The notes beneath the pieces are model-generated. The model was not told the origin of the DNA. It saw only the letters and a program-made list of their open reading frames with translations, and searched no databases. Of a stretch of DNA of 64,000 nucleotides, positions 12,916 through 27,329 are shown in pieces. Where the stretch lies: contig MU058844.1 in NCBI GenBank assembly GCA_013265495.1, positions 5,579,260-5,643,259 of the forward strand, read 5' to 3'. Source of the stretch: Vicugna vicugna (taxonomy: Eukaryota). The stretch's first letter is position 1. Every line of letters starts with the position of its first letter. The position numbers were made by a program, and so were the translations under genes.

Positions 12916-13699
12916 ACCTCTGGAAGGAAACAAGTTAATGGTTTGATTATGTCATATTTACTCATACATTCCCCCTTTAACAGATAATATAGGAGGACGT
13001 ACTTTAGTTCCAACTTCTGTTTGTTAATTGTGTTTTATTGTTTCATCTCATTGAAATTTCATTTTCTTACCTCTGAAATGATGGTTTTAGACTGGAATTA
13101 CCTCCTGAATAAATTGCTTCTAATCCTAAACCTTTGGAATGTAACTTTTTTTTTTCCTTCAAGTAATGTGAAATAGATAGATTGTAATTGAGAGGTGATG
13201 CATACAATAATTTAGAGTTTTTCTATGAGATTCTGTAGCTTTCCACAAAAGGAAACCTTGTGAAGCATTCTCTGAGGAGTAAATAAGAACATTTGTTTAT
13301 CCATTTGTCCTAACAAATTTAGAAAATACTTACTACCTAGTTGTAATTATAAGAAAAATAAGGTTAAATAAATTTTTTTTGTTTAATTTCCCTCAAAACT
13401 CAAAAGATAACAATGCTTTGCCTGGAAAAATTGACCTTCTAAGTTTTGTTAAATTCACATGTCTGTGTATATATACAAATACTTTAAATAAGCAGATATT
13501 TTCTTAGCTAATTGTAAATTGAAATACTTCACAATAGCAGTGGAAGTTCAAAAATTTAAATCATCTATGTATCAAATTTAGTTCATTTTTAATAATATGA
13601 TTGTTTATCCTATACAAGTTGTTTTCCCAACAATGATAATTTTCCTTGAACAGTTATCATAGGAAAAAGAAATTTTGTTAGCAGGTAAAATGTTCATTC

Positions 13700-14200
13700 A
13701 ATCATTCACTCACATATTTATCAATGAAAAATTTACTGAATACTTTAGTGCATATGCCTGAGACTGAATAATTTGGCTGCTCAACATTAACTGTTTCGCG
13801 TGTCTAACTCCTCTCCATTCTTTAAAACTCAGGTAAAGTGTCATTTGCTCTAAAAGCCTTCCCTCACCACCTTGTCTTGATTAAATATTCTTCTCTGTGG
13901 GTTTTATTGTACCCTGAGCTCCTTAGGCTGTTAGGGCACTTACCACTCACTGAAACTACCTATTACTTCCTCTTCCTCCGTAAGATCATAACACTTATCT
14001 TGGTATCTCTGGTACCAGACACTGTGCTCATCTTTTAGATGTGTATGATTTAATAATCATCACAATCCTATAAATCAGGGTAATATTATAATTATCTTTA
14101 TTTTATTGGTAAGAAAACCAGGATATAAGAAGCATAGATAACTCATTTTATACTGCTAATGTACTGCAGAACTCGAGTAGAACCCAGACCAGCTTCGTTC
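13700..14200. mobile_element. L2 and MIR relics
   Basis: L2 3'-end text (ttcattcaatcattcactcacatattta; tctttaaaactcaggtaaagtgtcatt) and an antisense MIR core (cacaatcctataaatcagggtaat ... aagaaaaccagg). Confidence 0.55.
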
Positions 14201-15571
14201 CTCAACCGTAAATCTATAAATGCCAACTTCTTGATTGAATAGATTAAGCTACCAACTTGCTCAGTGAATATTACCGCTAGACCTTGTCAGCCACACACAC
14301 ACAACTTCCTTTCATCCAGAAATGAATGATATTTCTTCCTCTCTGAAGAGACTGGCATATTTACATGTGCATTTTCCCAGTATGACTTGTGTACATTCAC
14401 TGCCGTTTCACATTCTGATTAGCCCTTTACTATTAAAGCAGCAAGAAAACTTTGGCACAACTGTCATCCCCAGTTCCATGCTCAGTACCAGTAGAATAAG
14501 CAGCATCTTTTTTTTTATTCTAAAAATCAAAGTTTACTAGTGACTTCTCATATGTTGAAATTTCTTTCTCTGTATTGAGATATTTTCAGACTATAGTTAT
14601 TTCAACTCTTCAGTTGCTTTTCATGTCACCCCAAAAGGATCTTAAGTAAAGCTTCTGAAAAACTCAAGACCTCCATTGCTGACAGTTGCCCAGTTTTAAT
14701 AGATTTTTTAGGGAGAACAAATTTTGAATGTCCTGTCCCATAAAAAAAGAAAAAGGAAAAATTGTTAAGTGATTTAGTGACCCCACATTCTGTAGCCTTT
14801 CAAATTCTTCCTGGAAGATAGGTCTGTTTTTGTTTTTAATTTTAAAAAATAGTTCCATGTGGTTAATGCATGGATAGTATGGGGGTCATGTGATCAGAAT
14901 TGGGATCACCTCTTTGTTCTATGACATGGAAGTTCTATGTCTTTATGTCTGAAGCCAGTCTTCCAGAGACTCATTTTCTTATATGAAGTTCCAATCCCTT
15001 GTTTTGTGAGTAATTTTTGTAGTATTAAAATTTTTAAGTAATTAAAATGTTAAAGGTGCATAACTGGGTTGATTTATCTTTTCATCAATTAAGAAACACA
15101 TATTTTAAAAAAAGATTGTGACTATTGGTCCGAAATTTGTATTGGACATCGTTACTGAGCAGTGATTCAAAATTGAATTACAAACTGGCATTGTAAAATG
15201 TTTCCTATTTCTGTATTGATGTAATCTTAAGGGTGTCCTCAAATGCATTATTCTTTGCAAACTGAATTGCTAAAACCAAAATAAATTATGTTATCTTATT
15301 TAGAAATGTTAAATGAATTTTATACATTATAACATAAAGCATTTCTGCTGTTGTTATTTATTTCCCATGAATATTTGCCTAAATTAGATTATAATTACTA
15401 ACTCATTACTCAACAATAAAATATAAAACATTAGACCTTAAGCATATAAATTGAATTAGCTTAAAAGTAAATCTGTTTCTTAACTATAGTACTTAAGAAA
15501 CTGTACCACTTTCTTTAACAATAATAATCCAGAAAGTCATTTGTATATTTGTGATCTATATAACAATAATT

Positions 15572-16010
15572 CTGTATTAAAAAAACAACTTCAAATTCTG
15601 GCTTACAGCAAAACTCTCAAATCTGAATCAAGTGTGGCTCTGCTGGATTTTGATGAAATTAGTTCAGTGACTCTGTGTCAGTCTGTGGTTCAGCTGAGCA
15701 TGGTTCCGGGATCTCAGCTGTGTTCAAGTATGTTTCATTGAGTCTACACTTCATGGGTCTGGAGCCAGGCTAGATATAGACTACTAATGGAGTGAAAGCT
15801 GTCTCATAGAGGATCCTAGAAGGGCATAAGCCAAATCAAATTGCACAAGCACATTGTAAACGTCTGTACTCTCATATTCTTTAATGTGGCCAAAACAAGA
15901 CATGTGAAAGCTACTCACATGCCCACACCCAAAGTCATTATTATGGGGAAATATACTGTACCTTAAGAGGGGAAGAAATAATAATTCAATGAATAACATA
16001 CAATATTCAT
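15572..16010 (-). mobile_element. MaLR solo LTR (MLT1G/H/I-like)
   Basis: aaattgcacaagcacattgtaaac ... tggccaaaacaagacatgtg ... cccaaagtcattattatggggaaatatact, the MLT1 antisense pattern. Confidence 0.65.
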
Positions 16011-18659
16011 TTGGAAGTAATGTAAAATTTTGACAGTCATATTTTGGGAGAAAAAGCCCTCAGTATTAGACATAACAAACTGTGAAGCAGGATAATTTTA
16101 TAATTAGACTTGGTAGCTTCAGTGAGAGTCACCTTATAATTTAAAAGTTCTTTCCATAAACTAGAGGGAAAAAATAAATGTTGTATTTAGAAATGAAGCC
16201 AAGGAGTTTATTGATTATCAAGTTTCAATGATACATAGTGTGTTTCAATGGAAAGATCTCTTTGGATGCAGTTTTCATTTAATTTCTCTTATCTCCTTCT
16301 CTGATAAATCTTAGAGGCCCATGTGTAAAGTAAGTTTTATTATTTGATGTCTAAGGACTGCTTTAAAAATTATATTTTTGCTTTACAATATTGTTTAATT
16401 GTCTCCAGTACTTCTTTTTATATGAAAAGAAAGAATCCTAATGAGCTAACTTCTCATTCCAAATCTTTAAAAAATAATATGCAAAATGATGTAATTGTGC
16501 TCATGTTGGAAATCATAGTACATTTCCTTTCCTAGAAGGATGATAAAATTAAAGTTATGCAGTAGGTATTGGTTTCCTTACCACATTTATATTTTCTCTC
16601 CAAAATGTATATTTGAATTTAATTAAATACAAACTCATAAATAACATTATGAAAGCTTCTGATTTTTTCACATTCTTCTGATAGAATGAGAACTCTAATA
16701 TTTTAATAACATATTATTATTACAGTCTTCCTGCTGCATTTATAAAAATGCTTTGCAGAAATCATTTAAGATAGATGACTTGAGTATTTGTATTACTGAA
16801 GGAGAAAGAAATTTCAGCAGCCGTGTCTGAATTATAAGCATCTATTCTGTATTGCACATAAGTGCCTTAGCATTAATATCTTGAAACTACTCTCTTACTG
16901 AATTTCATAATACTAGTTCGTGTTCCTACTTCATAAAACAATAGGGCATTTTGTCATAGGGCTTTTACAATATATGCATTCATCAAATTATGATTAGCTA
17001 AGGTCAAGCTTGCAGCTACAAATAACATCCACAGTATTTGATAAATAATGCAATAAAATACCATTAACTGCTCAGTGTAATGGATGATCTACTTCCTTCC
17101 CCTTCTGTTGCTCTGCTATAATCTTTAGGGCTGCAGAAGTCACACTACAGCTCCGGTAATAATGAGCTTGTTATTGAATCCATTAACTTAATATTTTTCC
17201 ATTTTATTGCACATTCTGAATAAAATAACCAATTGACATCATTTAGAAATAATACCATTGAACGTTCGTTAAATAGATTTTTACTGTGATTCCTCCTTCC
17301 ATTACTCTTTGTATGTAGCTCACAGATTTATTTATAAATATAAATAAATATAAATATATAATATAAATATATAAATAATATGTAATCTAAACAATATTTT
17401 CACAGTTCCTTTAATTTAAAAAGTCAACTGTGTTTATGAATATTATATATTTCACTCTAAATGGATAATTATAGTACATAATATGTGAAATATATATATT
17501 TCTTACTGTTATTGCAATCTATATGTGAGTGTGTACACATTTATACATATATACACACACACATATATATACATACTCAAATATAGATTGCAATAATAAG
17601 AAAAAGAAGGATAGCCCAACTATTAACTTATGTGAATCTTGAAGTCAGAAGGTGCCCAGTCATTATCTCTGAGGAAATCAGGGCTAGCAAGTACAAAGAC
17701 AGTAAAATTTTTATTGCTGTGAGCTCACAATCATTTGGAAGGGCATTGAGACATGAAAGGATTAATTCAGACAGCTATTTACATTTTGTATTTGGAAAGA
17801 GTCTGTTAGAAGGGAGAGAAACTTGTTACAGTACTTGAAATATTAACATCAGATATGTAATACTCATAATATTCTACTAATATTTAAGCCAATTTGTACA
17901 AAATTAGGGATAAATGTGATAAATTGTGTCCATGCAACTCACTTAAAATTTCATTCATTTGGTAATTCAGACTTCTGAGAACAAAATAATTTAAAGTGAT
18001 ATGTTTAATTAACTGGTTATGCAAACACAATAGCTAAATTGAGCGTTTTATAAATATATTTGTGCTATGTAATTAATAAGTCAAATAGAAAAAGAGACAG
18101 TTCCTATCAACACTTTACAAATACAATGATGTCATTCAGTTTTTAGTAATATTTTACTGAGGTCCACTGAGAACTTTGAATTAACTTTATTCCCTAGTCA
18201 TTCTTTTCCCAATGAAAATTGTAGTCCAAAATACTACATTGTTGTTTGAGTTCAAGCAATTTCTTACCCTTTTTTGCCTTTAGTTACCACATGGAACAAA
18301 CTTTGAGGTCAGCAGAAACAATGCAATTGCAAAGGAGACAAATAAGCTTGTATACAATTTTGTGTCACAATATGCATCTAAAGTAACCTTTTAAAACAAA
18401 ATGTGTTTCACTGTGATAGTGAAGTCCCGAGAATGAACAAAGACTTCTCCACAAGGACCAGGAAGCTCATTAATCCGTGAGCACTAGCTGTATGTGCCAG
18501 TGACTAAGAACATAGGGATTAAAGAAGGTCCTGTTTCTTCAAGAGTTTACTGCGTTGTGGAAAGAGTCTACTATGTGTGTGTGTGGTGGGGGGTTGGGGG
18601 GCGGGGAGTGGGCAAATGCAGTACCCTTCCCAGCTAGACTCTGTGTTCTGTAAAGACAG

Positions 18660-19400
18660 GCCAGGCAGCCACCTCTTCTGCTTACCGTGTATCCCTTGCA
18701 TTTCCTGGAACTAGCACCATATCTTGTACATAACTGATTCTCCCAAATAATATTAATGGATAAGCGTAGCAGTGCTGTTAGTAGAAGCTTGAAAGAGAGC
18801 ACATAGGATGCACATCTCAGCCGTAATGGAAAACTGAAAAAGATACTGTGAGGAGGTGCCATCTGGATTTAACTTTCAGCCCATGGAGGAACTAGCCAAG
18901 TGAATGAGAGGACCTGGGCAAGACAGGTGTGAGTAGACAGCACATGGCATACAGGTAGGAGGAACAGCAGGTGAACAGGCTAAACCCCACAACGTTCATG
19001 ATGCATTTTAACTAGCGTCCAGTGGCTGTAGTGGACTGTGCCTAGTGGTGAGTAGCAAGATGCGAGACTGGCAGTATGTGAGGGCTCTTATCACAAAAGC
19101 CACACTTGCTGTGCATGAGCCATTCGATTTTATCTTACAGATGATGAGGAGCCAATGAAAGACTTTAAGGACAAGAGCTTCAAGCTAATATTCTCTTATC
19201 ATACCATCACTCTGGTATCCAGTTGGAGGGGAGAAGTTGAGACAAGCAACTAGTTAGGAATCTATTGCGCTAATTATGACATGAACATGACATGACATGA
19301 CATGAACAGAGCCCCCAATAAAAGATAGGTAATAAGAGAGGAGTATATGAGTCAATTTGAAAGTTGTAAGAGGTGGAAAGAACAGGGTTTACTGTCAAGA
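18660..19400. mobile_element. L2 fragments
   Basis: L2 3' end at ~18670-18760. Antisense L2 body from ~18780 (gattttatcttacagatgatgaggagccaatgaaagactttaagg), with a short (CATGA)n at ~19276-19307. Confidence 0.65.
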
Positions 19401-20189
19401 AAAACATTTTAGTATGAAAAAGGCCCAAAGGAACTGAAATGTATCACTTTATTATTATTAATTATTACATCTCGTTCTTGTTTTGTTTTACATCATCATG
19501 CCAGTCACCAATTAAAACATTATGCTGGACACCAGAAATTGACACATTGTACCTGACTATATGTCACATTTTTTGTAAATAAAAATAAAAATTATGTAAC
19601 TCTCCATAAGATCCATTGCTTTAGCACCTGCTGTGTAAGCAAATGATCACTTATATGTACTATACAAGAAATACTATGCAGTGCTGAGGAATGCAAACTA
19701 CACAGAAAGACTTAAAACATTTTCTCTCTCTCTAGTTGTATTTTAAATGGTAACATATAATTTTTAAAATATTTTTCTTACTAGACATGAGGAAAGGCTA
19801 GGTACATGGGAGTACCTAGACAAGGGATAGGGGTTAGGAGAAGTTAAGTGGATCAAAAATTGGTTAAAAATTGACACTGAAAATCAACTGTCTAAAAGAG
19901 AGCAGATTACTGAGTAGACCCGTTGACAGGTATCTGTATTTGCACAGAAGCAGGGGAGCAGGTTGTGAAAAACAGCAAGGAAGAGGCCATATGAAAAGGA
20001 TGTAGCAGCTATAAATTTACAGAGGCTGAGATTCTGTCCTACCCAGAGTGCTGGTCATGAACAGAAAGATAGTCCTATATTAATTTGATTAATGTGGCAG
20101 ACACCTTAATCATGCTGTTACAGAAAGGAAATGATAGCATTTAAATATTTTGTTACATTTCAGTATAAATTGGATAAAGGAGAATAGTT

Positions 20190-20420
20190 AAGTCTTATTC
20201 TCTGAAAGGCAGGATATTTTCACAATTTATATTTGATTTCTTGCTCTGTCACATACTAGTTTGTAAATTTGGACAAGATATTTGATCTCCTTTAAGCTTC
20301 ATCAGAAAATAATAATGAGGGCATACCTTATTTTGTTTTCATGAGGATTAAATGAAATGTAGATGTAAGTGGCTTCGCACAGTCTCTGGTCTAACGTTTA
20401 GGGCTAGTCTCATCATGAAT
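20190..20420 (+). mobile_element. MIR
   Basis: tctgtcacatactagtttgtaaatttggacaagatattt ... atgaggattaaatgaaatg. Confidence 0.7.
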
Positions 20421-20498
20421 TTTCATCTGTTTACTATTTAAGGTGCTGAAGAGACAGCCCTGATTAAAATAAGAAATCCATGCCTTTGTGGAACTTAC

Positions 20499-20641
20499 CG
20501 TCTGCTGAGCAAAATTGCCATAGTCATTGTCTCATTTTAGAATTCCTAGTGTTTTCACCTCTGACATCCTATGTACGGTGTTCCAAAGTGTACAGAATGC
20601 TGAGGCAGTGGATGCCGCAAAGCCGCTCAGTTCTGTTCATT
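20499..20641 (-). ncRNA. Candidate internal non-coding exon (143 nt)
   Basis: Minus strand: branch-like ttactcac, acceptor gatttttaacAG (20643-20642), donor ACG|GTAAGT (20498-20493). Stops in all three frames. Confidence 0.35.
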
Positions 20642-21702
20642 CTGTTAAAAATCATTAAGTGAGTAAGTCTTTTTAACTAAGAGAAAGGGAAACGAGATAT
20701 AACAGCATTTCAGAAAATGGGTGAATTTCTTCAGTTTCTTTTCAACGAGTACAATATCCGTGAAACCTTCTGTAGCAGCTCTATTTCTTAACATTTTCTA
20801 CTTTACAGGAAGTATGTGAATTGTGATGTAGATCAAGAATTATTAAGCAGAACAGACTTAAACATATTCTAGTGTTACAGCACATTAGTCAGTGTTATCA
20901 CAGAAAAAGGAAGAAAAATGAATCATGTAAGAAATAATTGTGCTAGGCCTATTCATTTCTCGTCTTTGGCTCGTTCAACAATTCCTAGGAAACCAGCACA
21001 TTTAGAAGTCACTGAGTAAAAGCTTAGAATAATACTTGACTGAACTATTCAGTCCTACACACTGCCCACTATGAACCCCATACATTTCTCCATGCAATGA
21101 ATCAATTCTTGGTTTATGAATTTGCTGTGGATTGTTAAAGGAGTACATTTAATAAGAACCCCTTCTGCTAAATCAGGGAAGAAATGAAGTTCTGGATTGA
21201 AGAATGGCAGAATGGGAGAAAAAAACATGGCATGACAGAGATGAGATCGTTGAAAATTGTAGCAGGAATGAGCAATGATAGTTGAAAGAACAATTTTAAT
21301 TAATTTTCACCTATTTTAAACTAAAAGAAGCCCATTGTTTATATAGATTACCCCTAGAATGCTTAAAGCAAGCAGTTTTTCCCTTCCTTCATTCACTCAG
21401 AAAATATTTATCTACTGCTAACTAGGTGCCAAGTACCGTTTTAAGCAATCTTGCTTTTGAGTCACAGGATACCTGCTGATATCATTATTACCATTTCATC
21501 TTAAAATGGTGGAGGAATAAATCCAGTAAGCATATAGATGTTTAAAACCAGAATATTATTTTTATTGTTTCTTTTAATAAAAAGATTACACAGTCATAGA
21601 AATATCTAGAAATAAAGGTTAAAAAGCAGAGTACAATACACAATTTCTACCACTGTCAGCATCTTAAGGTTATATCCCTCTCTCCAATTCTCTCTAGATA
21701 CG

Positions 21703-21805
21703 TAGGTGGGTGGGTAGGTAGGTGGATAGATATACACAATTATCTGTCTATCTATCTGTCTATCTATCTATCTATCTATACACACAAACACACACATACA
21801 CACAA
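21703..21805. repeat. Compound microsatellite (GGTA/GGTG)n-(TATC)n-(CA)n
   Basis: Directly visible. Confidence 0.9.
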
Positions 21806-21809
21806 TTAT

Positions 21810-22520
21810 GTATAGGTATAATGAGATCATATTGAAAGTTGTATGTAATTTGCTTTTTCACTTAAAGATAGGTGCTGTATCTTATCCATGCCAAATGTAA
21901 ATATTCATGCAAATCTATTTGGGCAAATGTGAAAAAAAATTTGTTACTTCTCTAGTTTAACCACTCTCTGCTTGGTAGGGTCATAAAGTTTTTTCAGGTA
22001 TTCTGCAAATTTAACAGTGCAGCATGAATATTCTTATAGATAAGTCTTTGCTTCAGTTCTTAATTAGCCTCTTGGGATGATCACTTAGAAATAGAATTAA
22101 TGAGTCAAATGGTATATACATATTTAAGACATTGGATCATATGGTTAATTTATATCTAGAAGATAAAATATTAGTATAAAGAGTGTCTATTTCCTAGAAG
22201 TTTTTCCAATATTGTAAAATACAATTGTCAATCTGAGAGGTGGAAGTGATCTCGGACATGTGTGCTAATTTGCAATTTTTAACTCACTCTCAATACAGAA
22301 CATCGTTTCATATTTGATGGGATTGGCTTCTCTCTCTCTCTTTCTCTCTGGAATATGTTTTTGTGTGTGGACAGCAGGTGGACAATCACATTACCTATTC
22401 ACATTCTGTCCGTTTCCTATTGGGTACTAATGTGTTTCTTAAAGACTTACAAGCTGTCTTATAGTTCTAAATTTGTGGTTACTTCCCCCAGTTTTTCATT
22501 TTTCTTATGAACTGTTTTTA
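21810..22520 (-). mobile_element. Very old L1 (L1ME-like) 3' fragment
   Basis: Degenerate antisense L1 3' text (tttgctttttcactt; agaaatagaattaatgagtcaaatggtata; ctaatttgcaattttt). Confidence 0.6.
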
Positions 22521-22774
22521 TTTCTGTTTAATATATATGATATGGCCTCTCTCATTTAGTCATTCTACAAATATTTATTAAGATCCTGTTGTATTTTACA
22601 AATTGTTCTAGTCACAGGGGAAAGTAGCAATGTACAGAAATATCTTTTTCCAACTAAAAATTGCATTAATATACAATACAATTTTGATTTATTTAAAATT
22701 ATTATTTACAGGGAGAAGAATAGTGTAATATAAAAATATAATTTTACTTTCTAAAATAATTGCACAGCTGCATT

Positions 22775-25700
22775 ACTGTCAGACACAACAGACTTCAAAG
22801 AAAATATTATTAGGGATATAAAAACACATTAGTAATGGAAAAAGGGGTCAGTTCTCCAAGAAGCCATAACAATCCTTCATGTATGTGAGCCTAAGAATGA
22901 GGTCTCAAACTATTGAGAAAAATGCTACTAGACTTGCAAAGAGAAGTAGATGACTTTGCTCTCAAAGTTGAAGACTTTAACGCTTCTGTGTTGAAATGGA
23001 CGGACCCAGCAGTCAGAAAATCAGCAAGGACGTAATTGAAGCCAACAACACCATCAGTACACTGGATATAATTGCTATTCTAGACAACTTCATCCAGTAA
23101 CAGCAGGATACCTGTTTTTCTCAAGTGTGCATGTAACATTCACCAAGATAGGCTGCACTCTGGGCCATAATACACATCTTTACAAATTCAAAAGGATAGA
23201 AATTATACAATGTCTGCATTCAGATCCTAGTGGAATTACAGAATTAAACTAGATATCATAGTAGAAACATAATTGGAATATCTCAGAGTATATGGAGATT
23301 AAACAACACATTTCTCATTCACATATGAGTCAAAAAGAAATCCTAAGATAAATTTTAAAACATTTTGAGCTAAATGAAAATGAAAAAAATCTTACCAAAA
23401 TTTGTGTGATGTAACAAAAGTTTAGAAAAAATTTATAGTGTTGAATACACATATTAGAAAGAAAAATATCTAAAATCAATGATCTAAGTTTCAACTTTAG
23501 GAAACTAGAAAAAGAAAAGCAAATAAAATCCAAAGTAAGCAGAAGGAAATAAATAATAAAAACTATAGCAGAAATCAATAAAATTAAAAATTGAAAATCA
23601 ATAGAGAAAATCTATGAAATCAAAAGTTGACTTTTGAAAAGATCAATAAAATTGATAAGCTTCTATTCAGGCTAACTAAAAAAAAAGAGAGAGAGAAAGA
23701 GAAGACACAAATTACTAATACGAGACATGAGAGAAAGAACATCACTTCAGATCCCATGGAAATTAAAAGGATAATAAAGGAATTCTATAAACAGCTCCAT
23801 GCCCACAATTTTATAACCTGAATGTGATGGACTAGTTTTTTTTGGAAGACATAATCCACCAAAACTCACACAAGAAGAAATAGTCGATCAGAATAGGCCA
23901 ATATATAAATACATTGAATCAATGGTTGATAACCTTTCGAAACAGAAAGCATCAGGCATAGCTGGATTATCTAGTGAATTCTACTAAATATTTAAGGCAG
24001 AAATTATATCAGTTCTCTGCAATCTCTTTCAGAGGACAAAAGCAGAAAAAATATTTCCTAAATCATTCTCTGAGGCAAGCATTATCCCTAAGAGCAAAAC
24101 AAGGTAAAGACATTACAAGAAAACACATTGCACACCAGTACCTTTCATAGATGAAAAAAATCCTTGAAAAAAAATCAGCAAATTAAATCCAACAATGTAT
24201 AAAAGGAATTATTCAACACAACCAAGTAGGATTTATCCCTGGTATACAAGGTTGGTTCAACATTGAAAATTTAATTAATGCAATCTATCACATCAATAGA
24301 CTAAAAGAGGAAAGTCACATGATAATACCAGTAGATAAAGAAAAAGGATTGAACCAAGTCCAATGCTCATTCATGATAAAAATTCAGTAAACTCAGTAAA
24401 CTAAGAATAGAAGAGAATTTTTTATCAAACTGATAAAAAAAAAAAGGTGCCAAAAGCCTACAGCTGGCATCATACATAATGGTAAGAAACCCGAACTTTC
24501 CCACTGAGATCAGATATAAGGCTAAGATGCCCTCTCTTACCACTCCCTTTCAGCATAGTAGTGGGAGTTCTATTGCAATAGAAAAATAAAGAAGAGAGAG
24601 AAGAGGAAAGGAGATGGGAGGAAAGGAATACAGATTGAGAAGGAAGAAATACAGCTGATATGCTCACAGATAACGATTACCTATGTAGAAGTTCTGAAAA
24701 GATCGATTTAAAAAAATATGTCCTACAATTAATAAAAGATTATAGCAGGGTTGCAAGATATAAGGTCAGTATAAAAAAGTCAACCACTTTCCTATATGCC
24801 AGCAATTAACAGGTGAGATTTTAAATTAAAGACACAATGTCATGTATGTTAGCACCAAAAATATAAATAAGTAAATGCGTAAGTACTCAGGTATAAATCT
24901 AACAAAATATGTATAAAATCTATATGAGAAAAACTACAAAACTCTAATAAAACAAAATCAAAGAACTAAATAAATAGATATTCCATGTTTGAAGATAAGA
25001 AGACTCAATGTTTTTAAGATGCCAGTTCTTCCCAACTTGATCTATAGGTTCAGTATAATCCCAGTCCCAAATCTCAGCCAATTATTATGTGGATATTGAT
25101 AAACTCATCTAAAAATTTTATGGAGAGATAAAAGACCTAGAATAAACAACACAGTATTGAAGAAGAACAGAGTTGGAGAATTGACACTACCTGCCTTCGA
25201 GGCTTACTGTAAATCAATGTCAAACAGTACACTATGGCATGGGCAAATGAATAAACACATAGATCAGTGGAACAGAATAAAGAGCTCAGAAAATAGATGT
25301 ACATAAATGTACTCAACTGGTCCTTGACAAAGAAGAAAAGACAATACAGTGGAGCAAAAACAGGCTTTTCACAAATAGTGCTGGAACAGCTGAACATCAA
25401 TCCAGGAGAAAATCTAGGTATCCTTGCATACGATGATTACTTTTTAGATACAACACCAAAGACACAACCCATGAAATTATCAGCTGATAATTTGGATTTC
25501 ATTAAAATGAAAAATTTCTGCTCTGCAAAAGACAATTATCAAGACAGTAAGAAAAGCCACAGATGGGGAGAAAATGTTTATAAAAGACACATTAGATAGA
25601 GGTCTGTTATTCCAAAAGTACAAAGGACTCTTAAAACTCAACAATAAGAAAAATAAGCAGTCTGATTAAATCCAAAGACCTTAACAGACACCTCATCAAA

Positions 25701-27110
25701 GAAGGTATACAGAGTGGACAAGTAAGAATAGAGGAAGATGCCCCACATCACATATCACCAAGAAAATGCAAATTAAAAGAACAATGAGATTGCTTTTTAA
25801 TATAAAGCATACCTTGTTTTATTACTCTTCACAGATACTGTGTTTTTTCACAAATCAGAGGTTCACAGCAACTCTGTTGAGCAAGTCTACTGATACCATT
25901 TTTACAACAGCATTTGCTCACTTTGTGTCTCTGTGTCACATTGGTAATTCTCATAGTATTTCAAACTTTATTATTATTATTATATTTGTTATGTGACCTG
26001 TGATTAGCAATCTTTGATTTTACTATTACATTGTTTTGTGATATTTTAGCAATAAAATATTTGATTAAATTATGTACATCTTTATACATGCTATGATTGC
26101 ACCGATTAAATAGACTATAGTATAAACAGAACTTTTATACAGTGGGAAACCAACAGATTCATCTGAGTTGCTTTATTGTAATATTTGCTTTACTGTGGTG
26201 GTCTGCAGCTGAACCCACAGAATCTTGGAGGTATACTTGTGCACAATTATTAAAATGGCCAAATCAGGAACATTAACAACACCAAATGCTAAGAAGGATA
26301 TGGAGCAATAGGAACTCTCATTCATTGCTGGAGGGAATGCAAAATGGTACAGCCACTTTGGAAGACAGCCTGGTGGTTTCTTACCAAACTAAACATTCTT
26401 TTTGCCATGTAACCCAGCAATTGCACTCCTTGGTATTCACTCAAATTAGTTGAAAATTTATGTTCAAGCAAAAGCAAGCACATGGATGTTTATAGCACCT
26501 TTAGGCACAATTGCCAAAAACTTGAAAGTAACCAAAATGTCCTTCAGTAGATACATAAACTGTGGTATATCCAAACAATGGAATATTATTCAGCACTAAA
26601 AATAAATGAGCTATTAAGTCAGGAGAAGACTTGGAGGAAACTTAAATGCGTATCATTAAATGAAAGAAGGTAGTCTGAAAAGACTACATACTGTATGGTT
26701 CCAACCATATAGCATTCTGGAAAAGGTAAAATCATGGAGACAGTAAAAGATTAGTGGTTGTCTGAAACTGAGATGTGAAGGATGAATAAGTAAAGTACAG
26801 AAGATTTAGAGGGCAGTGATAATACTCTGTATACCATAATGATGGATATTTGTCATTATACATTTGTCCAAATCCACTGACTGTACAGCACCAAAAGTGA
26901 ATGTTAATAAACTATGGATTTGGTTGATGATAATGCACCCTTGTCAATTGATCAATTGTAGCAAACGTACCACTCTGATTGGGGATACTGATAACAGGGG
27001 AAGCTATACATTTGTGGGAGCAAGAGGCATATAGGAAATCCCAGTATGCTCCCCTCAGTTTTGCTGTGAGCTTAAAAATGCTTTAAAACAATGAAGTCTT
27101 AATTTTTAAA
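22775..27110 (+). mobile_element. Decayed L1 (L1MC-like): ORF2 from the endonuclease domain to the 3' UTR
   Basis: ORF pieces FEKINKIDK...ITSDPMEIKRIIKEFYKQLHA and LDFIKMKNFCSAKD are L1 ORF2. 3' UTR ends cagttttgctgtgagcttaaaaatgctttaaaa. Confidence 0.93.
25803..26239 (+). mobile_element. Internally deleted Tigger1 (TcMar) inserted in the L1
   Basis: 5' end agcataccttgttttatt ... cagatactgtgttttttcacaaat and 3' end gctttattgtaatatttgctttactgtggtggtctg ... gaggtatacttg match the Tigger1 termini. The transposase region is absent. Confidence 0.88.
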
Positions 27111-27329
27111 AATATTACCATATCTGCTGTGCTGGCTTTATTAATTGATACCTACACTACTAAATTAGTTTTATTTTTAATATCCTTAATAATTATAGTT
27201 TCTACTATTGTGAAGAGTAACCCTACACTAGCAGCATAAAACCAAAAACTTCTCCACAAAATCTGAAGATGTGCTGTATTTTCATCTTGAAAGGCCTGTG
27301 CATGGTGAAGTGAGCTGTAGGGCCAGAAA

